64,000 bases of DNA, from positions 432,594 to 496,593 of the forward strand of contig CP060228.1 of the NCBI GenBank assembly GCA_023898565.1, given 5' to 3'. Under the pieces are notes generated by a model that was not told the origin of the DNA, did no database searches, and saw nothing but the letters and a program-made list of their open reading frames with translations. The number at the start of each line of letters is the position of its first letter. The first letter of the stretch is position 1. Shown one piece after another: positions 45,871-55,290 of the stretch. The stretch is from Candidatus Nomurabacteria bacterium. GTDB lineage: Bacteria; Patescibacteriota; Minisyncoccia; Phycocordibacterales; UBA918. A program made the position numbers and the translations under genes.

Positions 45871-45891
45871 TCGCTAACGGAAAACATTCGT

Positions 45892-46203
45892 ATGAAAATT
45901 CGAAAAGGAGATACCGTAAAGGTGATTGCCGGGAAGGACAAGGGGAAGACTGGTACCGTACTTACAACGCTTCGTGATACCGAACAGGTAGTAATTGAAG
46001 GAGTAAACGTAGTAAAGCGTCACCAGAAGAACCGTCGCACCCGTTCACAAGGTCAGATTATTGAAAAGAGCATGCCAATGCACGTATCAAACGTGTCACT
46101 CCTTGAAGGAGAAAAGGCAGTGCGTGCCGGCTACACCGTAGAAGGTGAAGGCGACAAGCGCAAGAAGGTTCGTGTTGCACGTCCTTCAGGAAAGAAAATC
46201 TAA
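45892..46203 (+). CDS. rplX: 50S ribosomal protein L24
   Basis: MKIRKGDTVKVIAGKDKGKTG... is the L24 KOW motif. Confidence 0.88.
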   Translation: MKIRKGDTVKVIAGKDKGKTGTVLTTLRDTEQVVIEGVNVVKRHQKNRRTRSQGQIIEKSMPMHVSNVSLLEGEKAVRAGYTVEGEGDKRKKVRVARPSGKKI

Positions 46204-46213
46204 GTAATAGAGT

Positions 46214-46762
46214 ATGGAAACAGTACAGACTCAACTAAAGAATGTATTCGATGCACTCAAGGGTGAATTCGGATACCAGAACGTACATGAAGCACCAACT
46301 ATCGAAAAGATTGTGGTGTCAGTCGGTACGGGACGGATTGATGACAAGGCTAAGATTCGTCTTATCCAGGATCGTCTCGCAGAAATCACTGGACAGAAGG
46401 CAGCGCCACGCGCAGCTCGTCAGTCAATCGCTTCATTTAAGTTGCGTGAAGGTGAAATTATTGGATACCAGGTAACGCTTCGTGGTAAGCGTATGAATGA
46501 CTTCCTCAATAAGCTTATTCACATCGCATTGCCACAGACTCGCGACTTCCGCGGTCTTAAGACTTCATCTATCGATGAAATGGGGAACTACACGCTTGGT
46601 ATCAAGGAGCACACTATCTTCCCAGAAACTGCTGATGAAGATATTCGTGATGTCTTCGGTATGTCAATCACACTTGTGACGACTGCTAAGGACAAGAAGG
46701 AAGCAGAGGCACTCTTGCGTCACGTAGGTATGCCACTGAAAAAGGAAGAGGAAGCAAAATAG
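46214..46762 (+). CDS. rplE: 50S ribosomal protein L5
   Basis: ...NVHEAPTIEKIVVSVG... and ...GMSITLVTTAK... are L5 signatures. Confidence 0.9.
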   Translation: METVQTQLKNVFDALKGEFGYQNVHEAPTIEKIVVSVGTGRIDDKAKIRLIQDRLAEITGQKAAPRAARQSIASFKLREGEIIGYQVTLRGKRMNDFLNKLIHIALPQTRDFRGLKTSSIDEMGNYTLGIKEHTIFPETADEDIRDVFGMSITLVTTAKDKKEAEALLRHVGMPLKKEEEAK

Positions 46763-46784
46763 TTCCACAAGGAAACTATATAAA

Positions 46785-46822
46785 AACAAACCGGCGCCCA
46801 CGAAGTGGGCGCCGTTTGTTTG
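46785..46822 (+). terminator. Terminator after rplE (interrupts the spc operon)
   Basis: AAACAAACCGGCGCCCAC-GAAG-GTGGGCGCCGTTTGTTTG. Confidence 0.7.
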
Positions 46823-46923
46823 CAATAAACCATTGCTTTTTCTGCATTTTCTGGTATTCTTGCGCGCAAGACGAACGACTACAAGTTCTCAATATATGAG
46901 TGGTCGGGCGTTTAAGGTCAGGG

Positions 46924-46959
46924 GGCGGGAAATAATTTCTTCAGAAATTATTTCCCGCC
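46924..46959 (+). promoter_or_regulatory. 16-bp perfect stem hairpin (not followed by a T-run) in the rplE-rpsZ spacer
   Basis: GGCGGGAAATAATTTC-TTCA-GAAATTATTTCCCGCC. A 14-bp palindrome TCTTGCGCGCAAGA lies at about 46856. Confidence 0.45.
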
Positions 46960-47099
46960 AAACCGAGCCGGATTTATTCGGGAGTAAGTCGCAGCATCTT
47001 TGCGATACTGCTCCAAAAAACAATCTAATCTACTGCATGGTGTCGCTATGTTAAGCGTACACTTCAGTCAGTTTGCTTGTTTTATATAACAAAAATACA

Positions 47100-47285
47100 G
47101 TGGCACGAACATCACTTATTGTACGCTCTGAGCGTACTCCAAAGTTCAAATCGCGTGTCGTCCGACGCTGCAAGCAGTGTGGCCGAAAGCACGGATACAT
47201 GCGTGACTTCGATATGTGCCGAATTTGTTTCCGCGAATTCGCACACGAAGGACATATACCAGGCGTAAGAAAATCATCATGGTAG
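47100..47285 (+). CDS. rpsZ: 30S ribosomal protein S14, type Z (zinc-binding)
   Basis: [61 protein letters not shown] is the 61-aa Zn-ribbon S14. GTG start at 47100 inferred. The track's upstream ATG adds non-homologous residues. Confidence 0.75.
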   Translation: MARTSLIVRSERTPKFKSRVVRRCKQCGRKHGYMRDFDMCRICFREFAHEGHIPGVRKSSW

Positions 47286-47674
47286 GCGATACTATTGGCG
47301 ATTTGATTGTTCGCCTTAAGAACGCTGGCGCAGTAAAGAAGGGAACGGTTTCAGTTCCGCACTCAAAGCTTCGCAAGGCAGTTCTCGATAAGCTCGTACA
47401 GGCTGGTTACATTGAATCAGTGTCTGAAAAGGGCAAGCAGGTACAAGAAAAAACTCTCGAAGTGACACTTCGCTACGAACAGGGAGCACATCGTATCAGC
47501 GGTGTGAAGCGTGTTTCAAAGCCAGGTCGACGTCTCTACGCAGGAGTTGCGGATTTGCATCCGGTTAAGTTTGGAAAGGGGCACATGATTCTCTCTACTC
47601 CAGCAGGTATCCTCACCAATGAGGAAGCGAAGGAGAAGAAGGTGGGTGGTGAGCAGCTTTTCATGATTTGGTAA
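47279..47674 (+). CDS. rpsH: 30S ribosomal protein S8
   Basis: [16 protein letters not shown]... is the S8 N-terminus. ATG overlaps the rpsZ stop. Confidence 0.88.
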   Translation: MVGDTIGDLIVRLKNAGAVKKGTVSVPHSKLRKAVLDKLVQAGYIESVSEKGKQVQEKTLEVTLRYEQGAHRISGVKRVSKPGRRLYAGVADLHPVKFGKGHMILSTPAGILTNEEAKEKKVGGEQLFMIW

Positions 47675-47675
47675 T

Positions 47676-48209
47676 ATGAGTCGTCTAGGAAAGCAGCCAG
47701 TAACTATTCCTGCCGGTGTGACTGTCACATTTGAGGAAGGTGTACTGAAGGTGAAAGGTCCTAAAGGAGAACTTTCACGCGAAATCCGTAAGGATGATGT
47801 AGACATTGCTATCGATGGTTCTACTGTTACTTTGACTCCAGGTAAGACTGATGCAGCACCAGCCCTTTGGGGAACCTACGCTGCACATCTTCGCAATATG
47901 ATCACTGGTGTAACCGAAGGGTTCACTAAGGTGCTCGAAATTGAAGGAGTTGGATACCGCGCCGAGGTAAAGGGGAATGAGCTCGTGCTAAACATGGGCT
48001 TCTCACACCCAGTACCACTTGAGGTGCCAGCTGGTATCACCGCTGAAGTGCAGAAGAACGTTATCACCCTTGCTGGGTTTGATAAGGATGCACTCGGTCA
48101 GTTTGCCGCTAATGTGCGCAAGGTGAAGAAGCCTGAACCATACAAGGGTAAGGGTATTCGGTACCAGGGAGAATTTATTATCCGCAAGCAGGGCAAGAAG
48201 GCCGTCTAA
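47676..48209 (+). CDS. rplF: 50S ribosomal protein L6
   Basis: MSRLGKQPVTIPAGVTV... is the L6 N-terminus. Confidence 0.9.
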   Translation: MSRLGKQPVTIPAGVTVTFEEGVLKVKGPKGELSREIRKDDVDIAIDGSTVTLTPGKTDAAPALWGTYAAHLRNMITGVTEGFTKVLEIEGVGYRAEVKGNELVLNMGFSHPVPLEVPAGITAEVQKNVITLAGFDKDALGQFAANVRKVKKPEPYKGKGIRYQGEFIIRKQGKKAV

Positions 48210-48232
48210 TGCTTAATTTGTAACTCATAGAT

Positions 48233-48583
48233 ATGACAAACAAATCATCACAGAAGACGGTTGCTCGCGCTAAGCGACATAATCGTCTCCGACACAAAGT
48301 GTCAGGTACAGCTGTACGTCCACGTCTCGCTGTATTTAAGAGCAATACTGCAGTGTATGCACAACTCATCGATGATGAGTCCGGAAAGACACTTGCCTCA
48401 GCTGATTCTCGTAAAGAGAAAGGAACTCGTCTTGAGTCTGGTAAGGCTGTCGGTGCCGCAGTAGCTAAGAAAGCAGCTGATCTTAAGATTACCGAAGCAG
48501 TCTTTGACCGCGGTGGTTTCCGATACCAGGGAATCGTCGCAGCAGTGGCTGACGGCGCTCGAGAAGGAGGACTTAAGTTCTAA
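48233..48583 (+). CDS. rplR: 50S ribosomal protein L18
   Basis: ...RLRHKVSGTAVRPRLAVFKSN...IYAQLIDDESGKTLASA is the L18 core. Confidence 0.88.
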   Translation: MTNKSSQKTVARAKRHNRLRHKVSGTAVRPRLAVFKSNTAVYAQLIDDESGKTLASADSRKEKGTRLESGKAVGAAVAKKAADLKITEAVFDRGGFRYQGIVAAVADGAREGGLKF

Positions 48584-48731
48584 ATGAGCGCCGGATAACT
48601 TTTGAAAACTCGTTTTTCAAAAGTGCCGTCGCGCGAATTTAATTCTGAGGAATAGTCCGGGGGACTGTTTCTCAGAACGCGGGACTCTCTAATATGAAAA
48701 GCCGCATTATTACTTACATAAACACTTAAAA

Positions 48732-49376
48732 ATGAGTGAAGAAAAACAGCAGGAAGCTACAACTGACGTGAAGTCAGACGCTGCAGCGCAAGCTCCAGCA
48801 GCAGCCCCACAGGCTGCAACCGATGCACCAGCTGGCGAAGCAGGACAGCGTGGTCCTCGTCGCCGTCGTGGTGGAGATCGAAATGATCGCCGTGGTGGCC
48901 AGGGTCGTCGCCCACGTCGTGGTGGTCGTCCAGAACGTGTTCGTCCAGAATACGATCAGAAAATCATCAGCATTCGTCGCGTTACTCGTGTGATGGCCGG
49001 CGGTCGTCGTTTCTCATTCTCTGTATCAATGGTAATTGGAGATAAGAAGGGTAAGGTTGGTGTTGGTATCGGCAAGGCCGGTGACACCCAGCTCGCGATT
49101 GAAAAGGCAGTGCGTGACGCAAAGAAGAACATGATTACCATTCCAATGGATAAAGATAGTCGCATTCCACACGATGTACATGTAAAGGTGTCATCTAGTG
49201 AAGTGATGATTATGCCGGCTCCAGGTCGCGGACTCGTGGCTGGTTCATCAGTACGTACCGTGCTTGAACTTGGTGGTGTAAAGGATGTTACTGCGAAGAT
49301 TTTCTCACGCAGCAAGAACAAACTTAACAATGCTCGCGCTGCAGTCGAAGCGCTTAAGCAGCTTAAAACTCGCTAG
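48732..49376 (+). CDS. rpsE: 30S ribosomal protein S5 with a ~75-aa Ala/Arg/Gly-rich N-terminal extension
   Basis: ...IISIRRVTRVMAGGRRFSFSVSMVIGDKKGKVGVGIGKAGD... is the S5 dsRBD. Preceded by a low-complexity RRRRGGDRNDRRGGQGRRPRRGGR tract. Confidence 0.88.
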   Translation: MSEEKQQEATTDVKSDAAAQAPAAAPQAATDAPAGEAGQRGPRRRRGGDRNDRRGGQGRRPRRGGRPERVRPEYDQKIISIRRVTRVMAGGRRFSFSVSMVIGDKKGKVGVGIGKAGDTQLAIEKAVRDAKKNMITIPMDKDSRIPHDVHVKVSSSEVMIMPAPGRGLVAGSSVRTVLELGGVKDVTAKIFSRSKNKLNNARAAVEALKQLKTR

Positions 49377-49379
49377 TCT

Positions 49380-49829
49380 ATGCAGCTTCATGAACTAAAG
49401 CCGCTTGCACCAAAGAAGACCGCTAAGCGTATCGGACGTGGTGGTAAGCGAGGTAAGACCTCTGGAAAGGGGCATAAGGGTCAGAAGGCTCGTGCTGGTA
49501 ACAGTACTCGTCCAGAAATGCGCGACATCATCAAGAAGCTTCCTAAGCTTCGTGGACATGGTGTAAACCGTGCGCGTACGGTCAATGCTGAAAAGGAACT
49601 GCCAGTGGTGGTAAACGTAGCAGCGCTTGAAACAGCTTTCGAAGCAGGAGCAACAGTAACGCCAAAGGCACTCGTTGCTGCTGGAGTACTCTCAGCTACT
49701 GCTAAGCGCGCACCGAAGGTGAAGATTCTTGGAAACGGAGAGCTTAAGAAGAAACTAGTCGTCGAAGATTGTCAGGTCTCGCAGTCAGCAAAAGCAAAGA
49801 TTGAGGCAGCTGGCGGAAGCGTGAAATAA
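49380..49829 (+). CDS. rplO: 50S ribosomal protein L15
   Basis: MQLHELKPLAPKKTAKRIGRGGKRGKTSGKGHKGQKAR is the L15 N-terminus. Confidence 0.9.
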   Translation: MQLHELKPLAPKKTAKRIGRGGKRGKTSGKGHKGQKARAGNSTRPEMRDIIKKLPKLRGHGVNRARTVNAEKELPVVVNVAALETAFEAGATVTPKALVAAGVLSATAKRAPKVKILGNGELKKKLVVEDCQVSQSAKAKIEAAGGSVK

Positions 49830-49846
49830 GCGGTACTATTCGGCTT

Positions 49847-51121
49847 ATGCAAACATTACTTCACAAGCTACACGTCATCTTTACTGAACCAGCAATCCGC
49901 AAGCGTGTTTTATTTGTCTTGGGTGCGCTCGTTATCTTTCGTGCTCTGGCAGCTATTCCGATTCCGGGTGTTGACCATGCAGTATTGACTCAGTTCTTCG
50001 ATAACAATCAATTCCTTGGACTCCTCAACATCTTCTCGGGTGGCGGACTCTCAAATCTTTCGATTGTGATGCTTGGTGTAGGGCCATTCATTACCGCATC
50101 GATTATCATGCAGCTTTTGACGGTCATGTCACCAAAGCTGAAGAGTCTCTATACTGAAGAGGGAGAAGCAGGCCGCGCGAAGTTTACACAGTACAGCCGC
50201 ATGCTGACACTGCCACTCGCAATTCTGCAGGCGTTTGGTTTCCTTACGCTCTTGAAGTCTCAAGGAGTTATTCTAGAGAGTCTCTCAACTTTTGAGTTTA
50301 TTGTGAACGTTATCTTAGTGGTAGCGGGATCAGTACTCCTCATGTGGATTGGTGAATTGGTTACTGAATACGGTATCGGGAACGGTGTGTCGATCTTGAT
50401 TTTCTCAGGTATCGTCGCCAGCCTTCCGGCTACAGCAAGCCAGCTGCTCTTCTCGTATGATCCTTCTCAGCTACCGCTGTATGTTGGATTCTTGATTGTA
50501 GCGCTCGGTATTATATTCGCGGTAGTGGTGATGACCGAAGCGGAACGTCCCGTACCAATTACGTACGCCAAGCAAAGTCGTGGCGGTGCTACCTACGGTA
50601 GCAGTCAGTCATACTTGCCGATGCGTCTTAATCAGGCTGGAGTGATTCCAATCATCTTCGCGCTCTCCATCATTCTCTTCCCACAGATGGTGCTAAACAT
50701 TCTGTCAGCCTTCCAGTTTACGTGGGTAGATACGGCGAACGCAGTCGTGACTGATTTCTTGAATAATCAAGTGGCATACGGTGCAACATACTTTGTGTTG
50801 GTATTCCTCTTCACGTACTTCTATACCGCTGTAACCTTTGACCCCGATGCGGTGTCGAAGAATCTGCAGCGCAGTGGCGGCTTCATCCCAGGTATTCGCC
50901 CGGGTGGCCAGACGGCAGAGTATCTCGGTAACTTGGTAACTCGTCTAACGCTCGTTGGCGCACTCTTCCTTGGTGTGATTGCTGTACTTCCAGTACTTAT
51001 TCAGATTGCTACCAACCAACAAGGTTTGGCAATCGGTGGTACCGCGGTGCTCATCGTAGTATCGGTAGTGCTTGATTTGATTCGTCGACTCGACGCACAG
51101 ATCTCGATGCGCGAGTACTAG
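49847..51121 (+). CDS. secY: Preprotein translocase subunit SecY
   Basis: 10-TM protein. ...IFRALAAIPIPGV... and ...GELVTEYGIGNGVSILIFSGIVA... are SecY signatures. Confidence 0.92.
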   Translation: MQTLLHKLHVIFTEPAIRKRVLFVLGALVIFRALAAIPIPGVDHAVLTQFFDNNQFLGLLNIFSGGGLSNLSIVMLGVGPFITASIIMQLLTVMSPKLKSLYTEEGEAGRAKFTQYSRMLTLPLAILQAFGFLTLLKSQGVILESLSTFEFIVNVILVVAGSVLLMWIGELVTEYGIGNGVSILIFSGIVASLPATASQLLFSYDPSQLPLYVGFLIVALGIIFAVVVMTEAERPVPITYAKQSRGGATYGSSQSYLPMRLNQAGVIPIIFALSIILFPQMVLNILSAFQFTWVDTANAVVTDFLNNQVAYGATYFVLVFLFTYFYTAVTFDPDAVSKNLQRSGGFIPGIRPGGQTAEYLGNLVTRLTLVGALFLGVIAVLPVLIQIATNQQGLAIGGTAVLIVVSVVLDLIRRLDAQISMREY

Positions 51122-51141
51122 TATTCGCTGAGATTTAGAAT

Positions 51142-51177
51142 AAAAGCAGCTGGCCCCGAAGGGGCCAGCTGCTTTTA
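51142..51177. terminator. Bidirectional terminator (secY / cmk)
   Basis: AAAAGCAGCTGGCCCC-GAA-GGGGCCAGCTGCTTTT. Confidence 0.7.
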
Positions 51178-51183
51178 TTAATA

Positions 51184-51816
51184 TCAATATTGATTCTTAA
51201 ATGAGTAGCCAAGGGGTACCTGATTATGGCGCTGTTCCCAAACTTCAGTGTCGAGCCAGTCTCGATAAGCGTCGAAGACGGCGATAGCAACAGACTGGGG
51301 ATTCTGGCGAGAAGTATCAATGACAAGATCGAAGTGACTTTTGTCATAGGGATCAACACCGTAGAGCTGTCGAAAACGAGATTGTTCAGTGAGCATGCGG
51401 TCTCGAACTTGACGAGAAACGTCGGACAGTGAAGAAGAGCTGGTGCCAACGGCGCTACGCATACTATTGCTAACGGTGTCCTTAAAGATACGAGCAGTTG
51501 CAATCTCAAGATCAAGATCAAGATAGACCTTAAATGACTCCGGCAACCAGTAGAAGCCAAGTCGTGAATCAATCACAATGTCTTTTTTATCGCGTAGTGC
51601 CCGGAGCTGCTCATCAACCTCGGCGTCAAGATCGTGGTCCTCAGATGCTTTTTTATTGTATTCTTCAAGTGTCATATGGTGCTTGGCGAGTACGCGTCGT
51701 ACCATGTCACCAGACGAGTGGCGAGTGTATCCTAAAAGCTCAGCTACTTTATCTGCAGTAGAAGATTTGCCGCTGCCTGGCTTGCCGGAAATAGTAATAA
51801 TGTGTTTTTTTCTCAT
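51184..51816 (-). CDS. cmk: Cytidylate kinase
   Basis: MRKKHIITISGKPGSGKSST P-loop. ...LGYTRHSSGDMVR... and length fit Cmk. Confidence 0.75.
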   Translation of the reverse strand: MRKKHIITISGKPGSGKSSTADKVAELLGYTRHSSGDMVRRVLAKHHMTLEEYNKKASEDHDLDAEVDEQLRALRDKKDIVIDSRLGFYWLPESFKVYLDLDLEIATARIFKDTVSNSMRSAVGTSSSSLSDVSRQVRDRMLTEQSRFRQLYGVDPYDKSHFDLVIDTSRQNPQSVAIAVFDAYRDWLDTEVWEQRHNQVPLGYSFKNQY

Positions 51817-51876
51817 GTGGCTGTAGCATAGCATATTTGTTGCATCCCTTCCGAAAAGTTGCTACTCTCATGGTTC

Positions 51877-52476
51877 ATGCAGCTTGTAAGTGAAGATATT
51901 CGCGGCCACGTTGTGGTTGTTATGGCACCAATGGGAAGTGGCAAGGGCACGCTGATTACTCATGCGCACGAACAGTTTCCCGATTTGCAGCAAACCGTCT
52001 CGTGTACGTCGCGAGCAATGCGTCCTGGAGAGGTGGATGGAAAGCATTATCATTTTGTAACTCCAGAAATCTTTGATCAGAAGGTTGAAGCTGGTGATTT
52101 TCTTGAGTGGGCTGTCTTTGCTGGCAATAAATATGGCACCCTCAAAAGTGAAATTTTGCCTCGCCTCGCCCATAATGATGTGGTGATTGTCGAGATTGAG
52201 CTACAGGGTGTCGAGCAGCTCCTTGATTTATTGCCGCGTGAACACATGACCATTGTCTATATTGAAGCAGGCGGCTGGGAAGTGCTTCGGGCGCGCGCGG
52301 AAGCGCGCGCTCCGATGGATGGGGCGGAACTAGCTGCTCGACATGAACGATTTTTAATTGAACAACAAGCCAAGCCGATTGCGGACGTGGTGATTGATAA
52401 TAGTCATAATATTGAACTTGCGTATGCAGAGTTTGATCAAGTAATTGAAGCGGCCTATTTGAAGTGTAAAAATTAA
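51877..52476 (+). CDS. gmk: Guanylate kinase
   Basis: VVVMAPMGSGKGTL P-loop, TSRAMRPGEVDGKHYHFV, GNKYGT. ATG 51877 preferred over the TTG track start. Confidence 0.8.
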   Translation: MQLVSEDIRGHVVVVMAPMGSGKGTLITHAHEQFPDLQQTVSCTSRAMRPGEVDGKHYHFVTPEIFDQKVEAGDFLEWAVFAGNKYGTLKSEILPRLAHNDVVIVEIELQGVEQLLDLLPREHMTIVYIEAGGWEVLRARAEARAPMDGAELAARHERFLIEQQAKPIADVVIDNSHNIELAYAEFDQVIEAAYLKCKN

Positions 52477-52485
52477 CCTATTCAT

Positions 52486-53082
52486 ATGAATCCAAAGACA
52501 GTTATTTTTGTTGGTCCACAAGGGAGTGGTAAGGGAACTCAAATTGAGCGTTTGCGAGCAGTGATGATTGAAAAGGATCCAGCTAGGCGAGTGGTTGATA
52601 TTCAGACCGGACGTCGTTTCCGTGCATTAGCTGCCAAGCATGAAACATATGCTGAGCGTAAGATTAGTGAAACGTTAGACAAAGGTGTATTGCAGCCAGA
52701 TTTCTTAACGCACATTCTTTGGGGTCAGGCGATGCTTGATCAGCTTGATGATAAGAGTCATTTACTCATCGACGGTTTTCCACGCAACGTACATCAGGCG
52801 TTGGTGCTTGAGAACGCGTTGCAATTTTTTGAACGCAATGAAGTGCACGTTATCAACCTCAATACACCCGAGGAAGTGGTACGTACGCGTATGTACGAAC
52901 GGGCGCGAGCTGATGACACGGAAGAATCAATCGAAGAGCGTTTGCGTTGGTACCGCGAAGAAACATTGCCGGTCTTAGATCACTACCGTGCACGAATCAA
53001 TACTTATGTGCATGATATCGACGGAACTGATTCTATTGATGGTGTGCACGATCAGATTTTGCAAGCTTTAAACATTGCGTAA
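52486..53082 (+). CDS. adk: Adenylate kinase
   Basis: MNPKTVIFVGPQGSGKGTQIERL P-loop and NMP-binding region. Detached from secY, unlike the usual arrangement. Confidence 0.85.
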   Translation: MNPKTVIFVGPQGSGKGTQIERLRAVMIEKDPARRVVDIQTGRRFRALAAKHETYAERKISETLDKGVLQPDFLTHILWGQAMLDQLDDKSHLLIDGFPRNVHQALVLENALQFFERNEVHVINLNTPEEVVRTRMYERARADDTEESIEERLRWYREETLPVLDHYRARINTYVHDIDGTDSIDGVHDQILQALNIA

Positions 53083-53086
53083 ATAT

Positions 53087-53857
53087 ATGATTACAAAAAA
53101 AACACCGGAAGAAATTGAAATTTTAAAGGAGGCTGGTGCCATTCTTGCAAAAATACTGAAGGAGATTGCTAAGGAGGCAGTGCCAGGTGTCACAACGCTC
53201 TCGCTTGATGATAAAGCGATGGAGCTTACAGAAGAGTATGGTGTGGAGCCGATTTTACTTGGCTATCACCCAACGTTTGCGGATTATCCGTATCCAGCTG
53301 CTGTGTGCATCTCTGTTAATGACTGTGTGCAGCATGGTATTCCATCTGAGGAAGTAGTGCTTAAGGAAGGTGACACGGTCAATATCGACATGTCAATCTC
53401 GCATAAGGGTATGATTGTCGATTCAGGCATTACGGTGCCGGTAGGAAACATTAGTGATGAAGCAAAGAGGTTGCTGGCCGTCACTCAAGAAGCATTAGCG
53501 CACGGTATCAAGGCTGCTCAGCCGGGTGGACATATCGGTGATATCAGTGCCGCAATTGAGCAGTTTGTCGAGTCGCGTGGTTTTTCAGTGGTAGAAGTTC
53601 TCTGTGGGCATGGGGTTGGCTACGCGGTGCATGAGGAGCCAACGATTCCTAATTTTGGTACGAAGGGAACCGGGCCAAAGATTGAGGTGGGGCACGTGTA
53701 CGCCATTGAGCCAATTGTAAATATTGGAAAGCCTGACGTATATTTTGATGATGAAGGTGATGGCTATAGCGTCTATACTGAAGACGGGAGCTGGAGTGCG
53801 CACTTTGAGCATACGGTCGCAATTACTGAAAACGGCCCGCTAATCCTGACAAAGTAA
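53087..53857 (+). CDS. map: Methionine aminopeptidase, type I
   Basis: MITKKTPEEIEILKEAG..., GHGVGYAVHEEP, and the metal-ligand pattern D..D..H..E..E. Confidence 0.85.
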   Translation: MITKKTPEEIEILKEAGAILAKILKEIAKEAVPGVTTLSLDDKAMELTEEYGVEPILLGYHPTFADYPYPAAVCISVNDCVQHGIPSEEVVLKEGDTVNIDMSISHKGMIVDSGITVPVGNISDEAKRLLAVTQEALAHGIKAAQPGGHIGDISAAIEQFVESRGFSVVEVLCGHGVGYAVHEEPTIPNFGTKGTGPKIEVGHVYAIEPIVNIGKPDVYFDDEGDGYSVYTEDGSWSAHFEHTVAITENGPLILTK

Positions 53858-53860
53858 TGT

Positions 53861-53888
53861 GTAAACCGACATCCCTGATGTCGGTTTC
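53861..53888 (+). terminator. Terminator after map
   Basis: AAACCGACATC-CCTG-GATGTCGGTTTCTG. Confidence 0.55.
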
Positions 53889-53897
53889 TGTATTAGT

Positions 53898-54551
53898 ATG
53901 AGCAACAAAAAAGACTATAAAAGCATCGCTGGCCATGGGGTGGATGTCGCGATTTTTCGTGCAGACGATCTTGACCGAAAAGTGTTAGCAGAGATTGCGG
54001 CGCAGCCAGGGATTGCGGTGCTTGATGTTGGGTGTGGCCTCGGTGGACAGTCGCTTCGCATGGCTCGCGCTGGAGCGAGAGTAATTGGGATTGATGTGAT
54101 TGATGTGAGCGAGCGGTTTGCAAAGACCTGTGTCGAATACGAGCTTAAGTCGGAAGCGCTTGATTTCAATCAGCTGTCGCTCGAACAGGTTGGCGAGCAT
54201 TTTTTGTCAGCGAGCTTCGGTGCTGCGGTAGTGCAACGGGTACTGCACTACGTGCCGTATGAAGTAGCCCGGCAGTTTTTGGTTGACTTGCGTCGGATCG
54301 TCTCTGGTCGACTGTATATTTCTGTAACGGGTAACGGAAGTGCAATTGCGAGATATTGTCCGAAGTGTGACTGTTCGATTGTGGAGCGTTTTGGCAAATT
54401 GTCATCAGAAGGTCAGGACCTGTTTTCAATTACTGAGCCCATCTGTATCTACAGTGAGTCCGAACTAAGAGAACTTTTACAGGAGGCAGGTTGGCATGTC
54501 GAGGAGCTATGGGTCTCACAGTTTGGCAATATCAAAGCTGTCTGTGCGTAA
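53898..54551 (+). CDS. Class I SAM-dependent methyltransferase
   Basis: VLDVGCGLGGQSLRMARAGARVIGIDV is a Rossmann motif I/II. Confidence 0.65.
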   Translation: MSNKKDYKSIAGHGVDVAIFRADDLDRKVLAEIAAQPGIAVLDVGCGLGGQSLRMARAGARVIGIDVIDVSERFAKTCVEYELKSEALDFNQLSLEQVGEHFLSASFGAAVVQRVLHYVPYEVARQFLVDLRRIVSGRLYISVTGNGSAIARYCPKCDCSIVERFGKLSSEGQDLFSITEPICIYSESELRELLQEAGWHVEELWVSQFGNIKAVCA

Positions 54552-54586
54552 GCTGTTATACTAAAAGTGTGCGATCATCTGCGAGG

Positions 54587-55213
54587 ATGCGAAATATAGT
54601 TTTTGTACTACTTCTACTATCGGCAGGGCTTTTGCTGCTGGGAGAAACTGTTATGGTTATGCCGGTATTGTTTGCAGTCTTATTTCTGTATGGTGCAAAA
54701 CTACAATTTCGCTCTGCGCGGCTTTTGAAGGCTAAGATATTTTGTACAGTATTGGCTTTTTCGCTGTTGTTTGAAGTGGCAGCGATTTTAAAAGGGTACG
54801 GCACCAATGAGTTCGGCGGAGGGACATTATTCCATCCCAATCCTGGACTCGATATCCTGATTAGTCTTTTGTATTGGGTGCCATATTCGGTATTTTGGAC
54901 ATACTTATTTACCAGATATTCGTACACCCCTAAAAAGCTCTTTTTGCTTGGTGGTAGCTATGGGGTGCTGACTGAACAATTCTTTTTTATTCCGCTTTTG
55001 CTATTCACACTCAATCCGTTTGTGTTAGTTGCGGCTCCGTATGTATTCGTGCTGTATGGTGGAGCAATTGCGGCGCCGTATCTTATTTTGGAACGTATCT
55101 TGCCGCATGATAAGCCAGTGGATAAAAGGCAGTATTGGTTGCCGATGGTGGCGTTGTTTCCAATGCTAGCGATAGTGTTTGTGCTGGCGCATGTCTTGGT
55201 GGGAGGATGGTAG
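54587..55213 (+). CDS. Hypothetical polytopic membrane protein
   Basis: ATG 54587 (MRNIVFVLLLLSAG...). About six TM helices. Confidence 0.45.
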   Translation: MRNIVFVLLLLSAGLLLLGETVMVMPVLFAVLFLYGAKLQFRSARLLKAKIFCTVLAFSLLFEVAAILKGYGTNEFGGGTLFHPNPGLDILISLLYWVPYSVFWTYLFTRYSYTPKKLFLLGGSYGVLTEQFFFIPLLLFTLNPFVLVAAPYVFVLYGGAIAAPYLILERILPHDKPVDKRQYWLPMVALFPMLAIVFVLAHVLVGGW

Positions 55214-55220
55214 CAGGTTG

Positions 55221-55259
55221 TGAAAAAGGCCGCAAAAGCTTTAGCTTTTGCGGCCTTTT
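55221..55259 (+). terminator. Terminator
   Basis: AAAAAGGCCGCAAAAGC-TTTA-GCTTTTGCGGCCTTTTT. Confidence 0.65.
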
Positions 55260-55290
55260 TGCTATACTCTGCGCATAATTTTGTAACATT

